Source of the DNA: Candidatus Magasanikiibacteriota bacterium
GTDB lineage: Bacteria; Patescibacteriota; Patescibacteriia; Magasanikbacterales; UBA922
Assembly (NCBI GenBank): GCA_003510435.1
Contig: DOMK01000006.1
Coordinates: forward strand, 1-57,239
Direction of reading: 5' to 3'
DNA length: 57,239 nt
Part shown: positions 37,113-46,417 of the stretch, in pieces
How the letters are laid out: each line of letters opens with the position of its first letter
How positions within the stretch are numbered: the stretch's first letter is position 1
The notes under the pieces: model-generated
Databases searched by the model: none
Seen by the model: the letters and a program-made list of their open reading frames with translations, nothing else
What the model was told of the DNA's origin: nothing
Translations under genes and position numbers: made by a program

Positions 37113-37409
37113 ATGTTCAACAAACTAAAACAATTCAAAGACATGCGCAATCAAGCCAAAGATTTACAAAGCAAATTGGCTGATGAATCTGTCACAACCA
37201 GTTCCAGCGGTGTCTCATTGACTATGGATGGTAATTTAATTTTGAAAGATTTAAATATTCCTGATGATTTATTATCTCCAGACAAAAAAAATAAATTAAT
37301 CAGTGCTATCAAAGATGCTCATAGCGATGCCATGAAAAAAATCCAACGTATCATGGCCATGAAAATGAAAGAAATGGGTGGCTTGCCAAATATACCAGGA
37401 CTTTCTTAA
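37113..37409 (+). CDS. ybaB: YbaB/EbfC nucleoid-associated protein
   Basis: 98 aa; typical YbaB length and pattern. ybaB-recR neighbourhood is conserved. Confidence 0.8.
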   Translation: MFNKLKQFKDMRNQAKDLQSKLADESVTTSSSGVSLTMDGNLILKDLNIPDDLLSPDKKNKLISAIKDAHSDAMKKIQRIMAMKMKEMGGLPNIPGLS

Positions 37410-37413
37410 AAAA

Positions 37414-37434
37414 TTCCTCCCCTATCAGGGGAGG
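37414..37434 (+). terminator. GC hairpin after ybaB
   Basis: TTCCTCCCCtatcaGGGGAGGtt. Confidence 0.45.
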
Positions 37435-37534
37435 TTAGGAGGGGTCTTTAGTGTAAATAATTATTGTAATAAAACTCCACCATTCTAAAATATTTAATAA
37501 AGACTAAACCAATAAAATTTACTATTAAGTTCAT

Positions 37535-38179
37535 ATGGATGAACAAAAACAAGGCTACAAACCTCCACCACCACCAGAAAATCAATCAACACCAGAAGAA
37601 ACCAAAACCCCAATTGATTTCACTAGTTTGGATTTGTGGGAATTATCTCAAACTTCTAAAAAAACAAAAGAACCAGACCCAGAAGATGAAACTGCTAGAT
37701 TTGAAAATAGTAAAATTGTAAATATAAAAGGATATGATTTTACTATCGTCTTTACGCTAGAAACTATTGATTTTAATGAAAGCATAAACTTTGACACTAT
37801 AAGTATATCCATAAATAAAGATGACAAAAAAATGATTGTGGCAGAGCTAGAAATAGAAAAAGTTGGGGAACAATATAAATCCTTTGTATATATTGAGGGT
37901 AATAATAATGACACTAATGGAGGAGATACTAATAAACAACAAAATGAATTAAAAGGCCAAGCCAGGATACTTTACGAAAAAGTATTAGATTTTTTACAAC
38001 ACTACGCCGATGCCAATGGACACCAGCTCTGCGACATAGTAAAAAATATTTCTTCTTTAACAGAAGAAAGGTGGCAGGAAATCTTTGCACCAATACTCAA
38101 ACCCAAAGGTTATGAGGCATTAAATGGACAAGGTAATGAAAGATACAAAAAAATTTATTACCCATCTCCAAAAAAATAA
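37535..38179 (+). CDS. Hypothetical Pro/acidic-rich protein
   Basis: ATG ORF between ybaB and recR. No family recognised. Confidence 0.4.
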   Translation: MDEQKQGYKPPPPPENQSTPEETKTPIDFTSLDLWELSQTSKKTKEPDPEDETARFENSKIVNIKGYDFTIVFTLETIDFNESINFDTISISINKDDKKMIVAELEIEKVGEQYKSFVYIEGNNNDTNGGDTNKQQNELKGQARILYEKVLDFLQHYADANGHQLCDIVKNISSLTEERWQEIFAPILKPKGYEALNGQGNERYKKIYYPSPKK

Positions 38180-38267
38180 TAAATAATTTGGCATTTGGTA
38201 TTGATTTGAAATTGGAAATTTTAATTTTGATATTTTAAATCATCTATAAGCGATATAATCTAAATTT

Positions 38268-38310
38268 AAAGGGATCCCTCATCCCGACTGGGTCGGGAAT
38301 TCGGGATTTG
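38268..38310. repeat. Family-A right-arm solo copy directly upstream of recR
   Basis: aaagggatccctcatCCCGACtggGTCGGGaattcgggatttgg. Confidence 0.7.
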
Positions 38311-38316
38311 GCGAGT

Positions 38317-38901
38317 ATGTTCTCCAAATCAATCCAACAACTCATCACAGCTTTTTCTAAGCTCCCAAGTGTTGGCGAACGTACAGCCGAACGCTATGTC
38401 TTTTATTTATTAAAATCTGGAAAAAAAGATGCTGGGGAAATTACTCTGGCCTTAAAAAATTTAATTGACACTGTTAAAAGTTGTGAAATCTGCTGGGACT
38501 TTTCTGATTCATCACCTTGTACAATTTGTTCTGATAAAAAACGTGATACCAAAACAATTTGCGTAGTGGCTGAACCACAAGATATTCAAGCCATAGAAAA
38601 AACTGATGAATATAATGGCCTCTATCATGTTCTACGCGGAGTAATAAAAGCTGATGATGACGAACTAAATAATTTAAAAATAAAAGAACTAATTACTCGT
38701 GCCAAAACAGCTACTGAAATTATCTTTGCTTTGAATCCTGACCTGAATGGCGAAAACACCACTATGTATTTGATTGATAAATTAAAAACTATTAATCCAA
38801 AATTAAAACTTACTCGCCTCGCCCGCGGTCTACCTATGGGAAGTGATCTCCAATATGCCGATGAAATTACTCTTGGTAGCGCGATAAAGAATAGAAAATA
38901 A
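38317..38901 (+). CDS. recR: Recombination protein RecR
   Basis: HhH (LPSVGERTAERY), C4 zinc finger (CEICWDFSDSSPCTIC), Toprim. The track start 38308 is TTG inside a repeat; ATG 38317 used. Confidence 0.9.
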   Translation: MFSKSIQQLITAFSKLPSVGERTAERYVFYLLKSGKKDAGEITLALKNLIDTVKSCEICWDFSDSSPCTICSDKKRDTKTICVVAEPQDIQAIEKTDEYNGLYHVLRGVIKADDDELNNLKIKELITRAKTATEIIFALNPDLNGENTTMYLIDKLKTINPKLKLTRLARGLPMGSDLQYADEITLGSAIKNRK

Positions 38902-38928
38902 AAAATCTTGAAACATGTCTTGGTATAT

Positions 38929-39204
38929 ATGAAAAAAGTAATCATCATTATTTTTATTGGTCTATTTGCCCTGGCCTTCACGGCACCCTGGCTTTGGATC
39001 AATAACGGAGAAAATATTAAGGAAAATAATTTTTTTCGAGGAAATGACAACGAAAATTTTAAAAAATCTAAAAACACCTGCGACTGTGATGGATCATGCT
39101 TAAACATTAAATGGTTACCATTTGGTGCAAAAGTAGATGCTTGTGCCAATGATTATTATTATATTTCATTCTGGGGACAAAGATTCTACATGGATGGTAA
39201 ATAA
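38929..39204 (+). CDS. Small Cys-rich exported protein (hypothetical)
   Basis: Signal-anchor then CDCDGSC…C motif. Terminator at 39223-39246. The track start 38908 is TTG; ATG 38929 used. Confidence 0.35.
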   Translation: MKKVIIIIFIGLFALAFTAPWLWINNGENIKENNFFRGNDNENFKKSKNTCDCDGSCLNIKWLPFGAKVDACANDYYYISFWGQRFYMDGK

Positions 39205-39220
39205 AATCTATATATTTAAA

Positions 39221-39246
39221 AAACACCAATCACAGGTGTTTTTTTG
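39221..39246 (+). terminator. Rho-independent terminator (ACACC-loop-GGTGT + T-run)
   Basis: aaaaACACCaatcacaGGTGTttttttt. Confidence 0.6.
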
Positions 39247-39269
39247 TTTTATTGTTTACATAATTTTTT

Positions 39270-39715
39270 ATTTGCAGGCGGAGTGTGCCTAAAAAGACAA
39301 AATTCTCCTCCGCCTACAAAAGGCCGGAGCGTCTAGCCGTCCCCCTTGTGGGAACTACTCTCGGGGGTGGGAGGGCACCCTTAAGAGAGACGGCTAGACG
39401 TCGGCCACAAGCGGCCAAGATGTTCGTTAGGTGGACGAACACCTTACAAAGCCAATCTTGCAAAACCAAGGAGGGAGGCTTACAAGACAGACTTCGGCGC
39501 CAAAAAGGCTCAGACCGCGCCATTGTTAGAGCCCCAGCCTACACCCCTGCACGATTCCGTGCTAAAAGTGTAATCACCACGTCCTCGGCACCCCAAGAAA
39601 ACCCTTTTCCGGGAGGTCGCGATGACGAACACCGCCTTGCCACCGTGCTGGCAGGTGGGTGTATCAAACCGGGGCCGAACCAAAAAGTACGGAACAAATA
39701 TAATTTATAATTATA
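39270..39715 (+). ncRNA. GC-rich structured RNA candidate (~440 nt); RNase P RNA is the leading guess, strand uncertain
   Basis: ~55% GC island with nested long stems (GGCCGgAGCGTCTAGCCGTC…GACGGCTAGACGtCGGCC; GTTCGTtaggtggACGAAC; CCACCgtgctggcagGTGGG). AAAAGGCCGGAGCG resembles the RNase P CR-I/P4 5' strand. The ORF 39285..39710 through it is implausible protein (Arg/Pro/Gly-rich, no RBS). Confidence 0.35.
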
Positions 39716-39746
39716 TCTGATTCCCTGCTTTTTATTTTTACAAAAA

Positions 39747-39769
39747 TAAATCCGCTAAAACAGCGGATT
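39747..39769. terminator. Bidirectional hairpin terminator between the structured RNA (+) and rplU (-)
   Basis: AAATCCGCTaaaacAGCGGATTT flanked by A/T runs on both sides. Confidence 0.6.
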
Positions 39770-39778
39770 TATTAAATT

Positions 39779-40091
39779 TTATTTTACTTCTTTTACTTTT
39801 ACTCTCGTAAAATGCTGTTTATGACCTTGAACTTTTTTATATCTAATTTTATTTTTAAATTTCACCACTCTAATTTTTTTGCTTCTACCTTGCTTTTCTA
39901 CGGTGGCAGAAATTTCTACTCCAGCCAAATATGGTGTGCCGATTTTTACATCTTTACCATCTTCACTAGCGAGTAATAAAATTTTATCAAAGACTACATC
40001 TTTTCCTTCTTCTACTTCTAGTTTTTCAATTTTTAAGGTGTCACCAGTTTTTATTAAATACTGTTTTCCACCTGTTTCAATGACTGCAAAC
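39779..40091 (-). CDS. rplU: 50S ribosomal protein L21
   Basis: MFAVIETGGKQY… canonical L21 N-terminus. The track extension to 40162 is read-through of a repeat element. Confidence 0.85.
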
Positions 40092-40098
40092 ATATATC

Positions 40099-40137
40099 TT
40101 GTCATTCCGATCCGCCCAGGGCGGAGAGGAATCCCTT
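40099..40137. repeat. Family-A left-arm solo copy directly upstream of rplU
   Basis: gtcattccgatCCGCCCagGGCGGagaggaatcccttt. Confidence 0.7.
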
Positions 40138-40248
40138 TCTTATGGGATATAAATGCTCTCACCGTGAACGATCTTAATTTAAATTAATGTAATATATAAT
40201 GTAAACATTACGCAAATATTCTACCAAATAAGCCAAAATAAGTCAAGT

Positions 40249-40716
40249 TTACTCCTCCACAAGGCCAATTTTATCGCCAATTTTAAGATCATTTTTCTCT
40301 GCCCAGCCAGCTGACAATTCCAAAACTAAATTGGCTGGCTTGCGCGAATAATAACGTTTTAATTGAGCTTCTGATGATTCTGGCTCTATTTGTACATTGG
40401 GGGCAATATCCACGACCACTCCATTATCAAACCAGACAATATCAATGGGAAACTTCATGTCGCGCATCACAAAAGTGTACTTATCAGCGGTATAATAAGG
40501 AAAAGCCATACCATCATACTCCCCCAAATCCTTACGTCCACCCAAACCCTTATATTGTTGGTAAATAGTTTTTGCTACCAAGACATTTATTTCCTGTCCT
40601 TTTAATTCTAACTTGGTACTAGAAAAATGTCTTTGGTAAAGTTTCAGTCCAATGCCAAAAATAACAATCACTATCAAAACATACCATTGCCATTTTTTTG
40701 CTTTTTTTTCTGCCAT
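40249..40716 (-). CDS. DUF192 domain protein
   Basis: N-terminal TM and a DUF192-like core (…GMAFPY…FVMRDMKFPIDIVWFDNGVVVDI…). Confidence 0.55.
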   Translation of the reverse strand: MAEKKAKKWQWYVLIVIVIFGIGLKLYQRHFSSTKLELKGQEINVLVAKTIYQQYKGLGGRKDLGEYDGMAFPYYTADKYTFVMRDMKFPIDIVWFDNGVVVDIAPNVQIEPESSEAQLKRYYSRKPANLVLELSAGWAEKNDLKIGDKIGLVEE

Positions 40717-40719
40717 ATA

Positions 40720-41745
40720 TTAATTCTTTTTTGAAAACCAAATACCCAAGAGCATCATTAAAACAAATAAAAATACCAGGGCAATTAATTTTTGTTGGCT
40801 CTGTAAAAACAAAGTAGTTATACCAAACAAAAATGAAATTGCATAAAACAACCACACGGTTTGCTTTTGACTTAGTCCACTCTGTAATAATCTAAAATGC
40901 AAATGTTCTGAATCACCTTTATAAATTGGTCGACCATTTTTTATGCGCAAAATAATTACCCGCACAATATCCAAAAGTGGCACCGCCATAACTAATAGAG
41001 CGGTGGCAATTTTACTTCCAGAAATAATTGCTAGGCTACCCAGCATAAAACCAGTAAACAAACTTCCCCCTTCACCTAAAAATATTTTTGCTGGATGCCA
41101 ATTCCAAACTAAAAATCCTAAACAAGAACCAGCTAACAAAATTGCGAGCAAAGCAACATCAGGTTGAAACCACAACGTCTGCAAACTTAAGAAAAAAATT
41201 ACTAATGCACCAATAGCAACGATACCAGAGACCAATCCATCAAGTCCATCTAATAATTTGGTTGTAAACATCATACCCATTAACCAAAAAAACACTAACA
41301 GATTGGTCAAAATCATATAATCACCGACCTGCCAGATACTCATGTTGAATACCCCACCAAATGGATTGGTAATTATAGTGGGTCCAATCTTGAACAAAAC
41401 CACAATCAAAGCTGCTAAAATTGGAAACCAAATTTGTTGTTTAGCTTTTAATTTATATTTATCATCCAAAAAACCACCGATCATTAATACTAAACCGCCC
41501 AAAAACAAAGCCCAGAGATGATATAATTCTATATTGTTATTAAAATTTGCTCGCAGTAAAAAAACTAAAATAAAAAAACTAAGAAATATTGCCAAGCCTC
41601 CACCTAGAGGAATATTTTTTTTATGAATTTTTCTCTCTTCAGTCCGTGCTTTATCTACAATCGAAAATTGCAACATCAAAAATCTTACTCCTACGACTAA
41701 TATGGCGGTAATAAAAAATGCGGAAAAAAAATATAGAAAATACAT
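40720..41745 (-). CDS. Polyprenyl-phosphate N-acetylhexosamine-1-phosphate transferase (WecA/MraY family, GT4 superfamily)
   Basis: Multi-TM protein with HKKNIPLGGGLAIF and DGLDGL motifs. The track start 41763 is TTG; ATG 41745 used. Confidence 0.7.
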   Translation of the reverse strand: MYFLYFFSAFFITAILVVGVRFLMLQFSIVDKARTEERKIHKKNIPLGGGLAIFLSFFILVFLLRANFNNNIELYHLWALFLGGLVLMIGGFLDDKYKLKAKQQIWFPILAALIVVLFKIGPTIITNPFGGVFNMSIWQVGDYMILTNLLVFFWLMGMMFTTKLLDGLDGLVSGIVAIGALVIFFLSLQTLWFQPDVALLAILLAGSCLGFLVWNWHPAKIFLGEGGSLFTGFMLGSLAIISGSKIATALLVMAVPLLDIVRVIILRIKNGRPIYKGDSEHLHFRLLQSGLSQKQTVWLFYAISFLFGITTLFLQSQQKLIALVFLFVLMMLLGIWFSKKN

Positions 41746-41746
41746 A

Positions 41747-44500
41747 CTACTCTGACCTTTCAATACTTATCTCCCCCCCTTTACCTAAAATTACAATATC
41801 ACGTCTTTGTAATTTATTAGCCAAAATTAAATCTGCTAATTTATTTTCTACCATGTCTTGGATCGCCCGTCGCATTGGTCGAGCGCCAAACTCTGGATCA
41901 AAGCCAACTTGAGCCAAAGCATCCAAAGCCAAATCTTCTACGCGCAATTCTACTCCCCGCGTTTCCAAATCCTTAGCCACTCGTTTTAACATCAAACTAG
42001 CTATTTGTTTAGTTTCTTCACGATTAAGTGGTTTGAATAAAACAATTCCATCAAAACGATTGAGAAATTCTGGTCGATAGTATTGTTTTAGTTCGTGGTG
42101 CAATAATTGTTGACGGATACTTTCTAATGATACACCTTGAACAACTTGATCTTGAACAAAATTAGTTCCCGCATTGGATGTGGCAATAATAATCGTGTTA
42201 GTAAAATCAATTACCCGCCCCGTACTATCTGTCAGCCGACCATCATCAAACACTTGCAAGAACAAAGTTAAAACATCTGGATCAGCTTTTTCTAATTCAT
42301 CAAGCAAGACCAAAGAAAATGGTTTTTGGCGCACGGCTTCTGTCAAAAGACCACTACCTTGCACACCAGTTTGACCAATCAAGCGATACACCCCAGTTTT
42401 GTCTTGAAATTCACTCATATCAATTCTGATCATATTTTTCTCCCCACCAAAATAAACTTCAGCAATAGTTTTGGCTAGTTCAGTTTTACCCACGCCAGTT
42501 GGCCCCAAAAATAAAAAATTGGCAATGGGTTTTTTTTGCGAACGAATTTCTACTCTAGCGCGACGCAGAGCATTGGCTACTAATTTTACGGCTTCGTCCT
42601 GACCAACTACATTCTTATGCATTTCTTCTTCCAAACGCATTAATTTGACTGATTCATCTTCGGCAATACTTGTCACTGGTACACCAGTCTTTTGCGCCAC
42701 GACCGCAGCCACATCTTCGGCTGACACCAAATGACTACCACCATGAGTACTCTTGGCATAACTAGCTGACTCAGACATAACAGCAATCGCGCTGGCTGGC
42801 AAATTTTGATCATGCAAATATTTTTGCGCTAGCTTGACTGACTTTTCCAAAGCATCATAAGAAAAAAATACATCATGCTTATATTCTACTTGACCTACTT
42901 TTGATTCCAACACCTGAATGGTTTGATTCTCTGTCATTTCTTTTATATCAACTCGTGCCAAAACTGTACCTAATTCAGTATTCACAATTTCATGATTATA
43001 ATTTTCTGTAGTAGAAGTTGCAAAAGTTAAAAATTTTCCTGGTCCCAAATATTCTGACAAAGCTTCGGACATATCCACACCCTCTCCGCCAGTCTCAGTC
43101 ACCCCAACCAAATCATGAATATTTTTTATAAACAAAATAATATTTTTTGCCCGTCCCACTTCGTGCATAATTCTAATCAATCTTTCCTGCGCTCCGCTCA
43201 CAGTTGTACCAGCGAGCAAAGTAGAAGTGGACAATTGCACCAAACGTTTATCTTGCAATCTTTCTGGCACATTATCTTCTATCATTCTCTGGGCAATACC
43301 CTCAATTATACTCATCTTGCCAACACCATGTTGACCAACTAAAATCACACTCTGTCGACCGCCTTCAATAATGCGGAATATCTCTTCAATTTCTTCGTCT
43401 CTAGATACACAGGGTGATAGATAACCATACTTCGCCGCCATTGTAATATCTTGACTAAAAGTATTTAGATAAGGAGTGGCGACAGCGGTCATGGCTCTGT
43501 CCAAACCATACTTACTTCTTCTGGCACCTGCTTTTTGTAATTTTTGATATTGTCGGCGCAAACGTTCACGAATTCTTAACCACTCAATCGCATTACTTAA
43601 TTTATCTTTATCAACTTTAAAATCGTAAAGCATTTCTTGGATCATTTCCGATTGACGAACAGTGGCAACCAAAAGTTCAGTTACATTGACATATTCTTGT
43701 CTTTTTTCATAAGCTATCTGATAAGATTGAAATAAAATTTGTTCTAAATCATCTGACAAAATTGGAAAAGTTTTTGCTTTGGTTTTATTAAACAAATTAA
43801 ACAATTGGGTTTGCAAACCCTTGACTGAAATGCCAAGACGTAAAAAAACTGTGCTAATTTTTGATGACGATAACAAAGCATAAAATAAATGTAGGACATT
43901 TACTTCTTCTCCACCATATTTATTTGCTAGCCAATAAGCTTCTTCTAGAATTTGTCTTGCTTCACTAGTAAAAGTATCAGCAATATCTTTCTTTTTCTTT
44001 TTTGATAATTTAATAACCTCTAACCAAGTTTGAATTATTTGACCATTAACAAATTCTGGATTGTCTTTTTTATTATAATCATTCAATTCCACTGTTTCCT
44101 GAATTCTTTGCAAAACAATTAAACGATAAAATAAATAAGACCAAGCAATTAAACCAAACCAAAAAATAGATAAATGAATATTATTCTGCAACCAAAAATC
44201 AACTGTCAAAACATCTTGCCACCAATTATATTGATAAACAAAAAATAAAAATAATCCCCAAAAACCCAAACCAAACACCAAAGCACCCATAATTCTAAAT
44301 TTTTCCAAAAATCTCTCGGCTTTGTGAATCGCAATATGATAATGAGTCAAAGGCTCACCCCAATACAAAAACTTTTCTCTAATCATACTACCCATGCTCA
44401 TGCCTTTGCATTCTCGACATTTCATAAACTTAATATAACCAGAACCATTGCAAGTGTGGCAGACAGTAATATTAATTGGTTCGTTTTTGGTAAATAACAT
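41747..44500 (-). CDS. Clp/Hsp100 AAA+ chaperone (ClpC-like) with N-terminal zinc ribbon and two TM helices
   Basis: CxxC…CxxC at N-terminus, two hydrophobic helices, Clp-N repeats, two AAA+ modules (GQHGVGKMS; GPTGVGKTE). Confidence 0.8.
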   Translation of the reverse strand: MLFTKNEPINITVCHTCNGSGYIKFMKCRECKGMSMGSMIREKFLYWGEPLTHYHIAIHKAERFLEKFRIMGALVFGLGFWGLFLFFVYQYNWWQDVLTVDFWLQNNIHLSIFWFGLIAWSYLFYRLIVLQRIQETVELNDYNKKDNPEFVNGQIIQTWLEVIKLSKKKKKDIADTFTSEARQILEEAYWLANKYGGEEVNVLHLFYALLSSSKISTVFLRLGISVKGLQTQLFNLFNKTKAKTFPILSDDLEQILFQSYQIAYEKRQEYVNVTELLVATVRQSEMIQEMLYDFKVDKDKLSNAIEWLRIRERLRRQYQKLQKAGARRSKYGLDRAMTAVATPYLNTFSQDITMAAKYGYLSPCVSRDEEIEEIFRIIEGGRQSVILVGQHGVGKMSIIEGIAQRMIEDNVPERLQDKRLVQLSTSTLLAGTTVSGAQERLIRIMHEVGRAKNIILFIKNIHDLVGVTETGGEGVDMSEALSEYLGPGKFLTFATSTTENYNHEIVNTELGTVLARVDIKEMTENQTIQVLESKVGQVEYKHDVFFSYDALEKSVKLAQKYLHDQNLPASAIAVMSESASYAKSTHGGSHLVSAEDVAAVVAQKTGVPVTSIAEDESVKLMRLEEEMHKNVVGQDEAVKLVANALRRARVEIRSQKKPIANFLFLGPTGVGKTELAKTIAEVYFGGEKNMIRIDMSEFQDKTGVYRLIGQTGVQGSGLLTEAVRQKPFSLVLLDELEKADPDVLTLFLQVFDDGRLTDSTGRVIDFTNTIIIATSNAGTNFVQDQVVQGVSLESIRQQLLHHELKQYYRPEFLNRFDGIVLFKPLNREETKQIASLMLKRVAKDLETRGVELRVEDLALDALAQVGFDPEFGARPMRRAIQDMVENKLADLILANKLQRRDIVILGKGGEISIERSE

Positions 44501-44503
44501 AAA

Positions 44504-44860
44504 TTATAATCCCAAAGAAATCAATAACATATAAACTATAAAAATTGGAAATGCTAACCACAATCCAAACAAAACCAATACCACCAAAAACCAAATAAAT
44601 AATCCAATTGACCGACCAATCACATTAATAAACCGCATAAAAATACTCATGAGTCTGCCTTGCCAATCAGTTTGTCCATACATGGGAACAAACATATTTT
44701 TCAACCAAAGACCCGGTGCCATAAACATATTGGCATCTTGCATCAGACCATAACAAAATTTTAGGGCTTGCTTCACTCCACCAGTAAACCACCAGATAGG
44801 AAAATAAACCAAATCAAAAACAAACTCTAGAGCCATGCGTTGTAAAACTAAAATCCACAT
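44504..44860 (-). CDS. Small hypothetical membrane protein
   Basis: ATG ORF with ~3 TM helices. Preceded by a conserved upstream motif shared with dnaB. Confidence 0.4.
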   Translation of the reverse strand: MWILVLQRMALEFVFDLVYFPIWWFTGGVKQALKFCYGLMQDANMFMAPGLWLKNMFVPMYGQTDWQGRLMSIFMRFINVIGRSIGLFIWFLVVLVLFGLWLAFPIFIVYMLLISLGL

Positions 44861-44865
44861 AAGAC

Positions 44866-44938
44866 TACTGATTTACAGATAATCCGGATCAACTGATATT
44901 TTTATCCGTAGATTCGAATTATCAGGATATCTGTAGAT
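44866..44938 (-). promoter_or_regulatory. Same motif (with a second degenerate copy) ending 5 nt before the ATG of gene 44504..44860
   Basis: Minus strand: …gatatcctgataattcgaatctacggataaaaatatcagttgATCCGGATtatctgtaaatcagtag-tctt-ATG. Confidence 0.55.
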
Positions 44939-44961
44939 TATTATACCACAAACTAAAAAAA

Positions 44962-44980
44962 ACTCCCAGATTTTGGGAGT
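44962..44980 (-). terminator. Hairpin + T-run (on minus strand) after ftsL
   Basis: aaaaaaaACTCCCAgattttGGGAGT. Confidence 0.5.
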
Positions 44981-45000
44981 ATTAGTGATTAAGTGTTTAA

Positions 45001-45040
45001 GTGGTCAGGTGGTCAGGTGGTCAGGTGGTCAGGTGGTCAG
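45001..45040. repeat. Octanucleotide tandem repeat (GTGGTCAG)x5 just downstream of the ftsL stop
   Basis: gtggtcaggtggtcaggtggtcaggtggtcaggtggtcag; preceded by attagtgattaagtgtttaagtgg. Confidence 0.8.
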
Positions 45041-45045
45041 GTGGT

Positions 45046-45387
45046 TTACCTCATCGCCACCGCTGTACCAACCAAAGTCGCATATTCTACATTGTCAGCC
45101 ATTACCAAGCTTGTACCCTGCAATCTAGATTGAATACTTTTCATTGATCTGTTAGTAGCAATTTCAAATTCCAACCTTTGATTATCTTGTTCTAGAATCT
45201 GAATCTGTTTCTCCAAATCTCTCATTTCATAACCAGTGGTAGAGGCTGAACTAGTCTGGACTACATACATTATGCCAAAAACTCCGATTAATGCTAAAAG
45301 CGTCATCCGAAAACTAGTACTAAGTAGCCAATGTCTAACAGCCATTTTTTCTTCTCGCATGGTTTTGTAATCATTGAAATAGTTCAT
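45046..45387 (-). CDS. Cell division protein FtsL-like (single-TM, coiled coil)
   Basis: Position immediately downstream of rsmH. TM followed by a coiled-coil segment (DLEKQIQILEQDNQRLEFEI). Confidence 0.5.
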   Translation of the reverse strand: MNYFNDYKTMREEKMAVRHWLLSTSFRMTLLALIGVFGIMYVVQTSSASTTGYEMRDLEKQIQILEQDNQRLEFEIATNRSMKSIQSRLQGTSLVMADNVEYATLVGTAVAMR

Positions 45388-45413
45388 AAAATATAATAAT
45401 ATAAATAATTTGT

Positions 45414-46343
45414 TTAAAGTTTTTCTATTACCCGCAGTTTGGCTGATCTGGCTCTTGGATTATTCTTATATTCCTCTTCTGTACAAACTACTGGTTTTTT
45501 ATTTATTAATTTAATTGTTTTGTTCTCTTGACTTTTAAAATAATGTTTTACAATTCTATCTTCTAAAGAATGAAAAGTTATTACTGCCAACCTACCACCT
45601 CGGTGTAAAACCTCAATCGCTTGTGGTAAAACATCCTCTATTACCCCAAACTCATTATTAACAGCTATGCGTAAGGCTTGAAATGTCTTTGTAGCTGGGT
45701 GTAATCCTCCAACCCAAGGAATTTCTTTATCTGTTTTTAATTTTGTTCTGTATACTTTTAAAATTATTTCTACCAAATCTCCGACAGTTTTTATATTTTT
45801 TTCTTTTCTTATTTCCACTATCATCTTAGCAATTTCTTTACTCAACTTTTCTTCACCATATTCTCTAAATATTTTTTCTAACTCTTGTCCATCTAAACTA
45901 TTTATCAAATCTGATACATTTGGATTTTGTAAATTGAAAATTGTAAATTGAAAATTACTCCCATATCTCATGTCCAGAAGTTCATCTGTCTTTTCGAAAC
46001 TAAATCCTCTACCTCGTTCTTCAAACTGTGGTGTTGACCAACCAAAATCCATTAGTATTCCATTGATTGGATTAAACTTATTTTCCTCTACAATCGTTTT
46101 TAAATTAATAAAGTTATTACGGACAAATATTACCTGTGCATCAAATTTATATAAATATTGTTTGGCTCTTAAGATTGCTTCTGGATCAGCATCAATTCCT
46201 AATAATTTTCCTGTGGTCCCAATCTGTTCTAAAATCTTTTCACTGTGTCCCGCGTCACCCAAGGTACAATCAATGACGTGCATCCCAGACTGGAGTTGTA
46301 AACCTTCTATAACTTCATTAAGCAGTACGGGAATATGACGCAT
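45414..46343 (-). CDS. rsmH: 16S rRNA (cytosine1402-N4)-methyltransferase
   Basis: MRHIPVLLNEV… and SAM motif (DCTLGDAGHS). Contains an in-frame AATTGAAAATTG-type repeat (SNFQFTIFNLQN). Confidence 0.9.
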   Translation of the reverse strand: MRHIPVLLNEVIEGLQLQSGMHVIDCTLGDAGHSEKILEQIGTTGKLLGIDADPEAILRAKQYLYKFDAQVIFVRNNFINLKTIVEENKFNPINGILMDFGWSTPQFEERGRGFSFEKTDELLDMRYGSNFQFTIFNLQNPNVSDLINSLDGQELEKIFREYGEEKLSKEIAKMIVEIRKEKNIKTVGDLVEIILKVYRTKLKTDKEIPWVGGLHPATKTFQALRIAVNNEFGVIEDVLPQAIEVLHRGGRLAVITFHSLEDRIVKHYFKSQENKTIKLINKKPVVCTEEEYKNNPRARSAKLRVIEKL

Positions 46344-46417
46344 ACTTTAAATTCTCAATTTTCAATAACCAATTTTCAACTATTTGAAAATTGAAAATTC
46401 GTAAATTGAAAATTTAT

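Noticed and set aside
39285-39710. 141-aa ORF across the GC-rich island upstream of rplU
   Set aside because: Arg/Pro/Gly-rich translation, no RBS. Region has extensive nested stems; interpreted as a structured RNA. The antisense ORF 39314..39523 was rejected for the same reason.
39270-39715. tmRNA identity for the structured RNA
   Set aside because: No tRNA-like T-arm (GGTTCGANTCC) or CCA-terminal acceptor pairing found on either strand. No AANDENYALAA-type tag frame.
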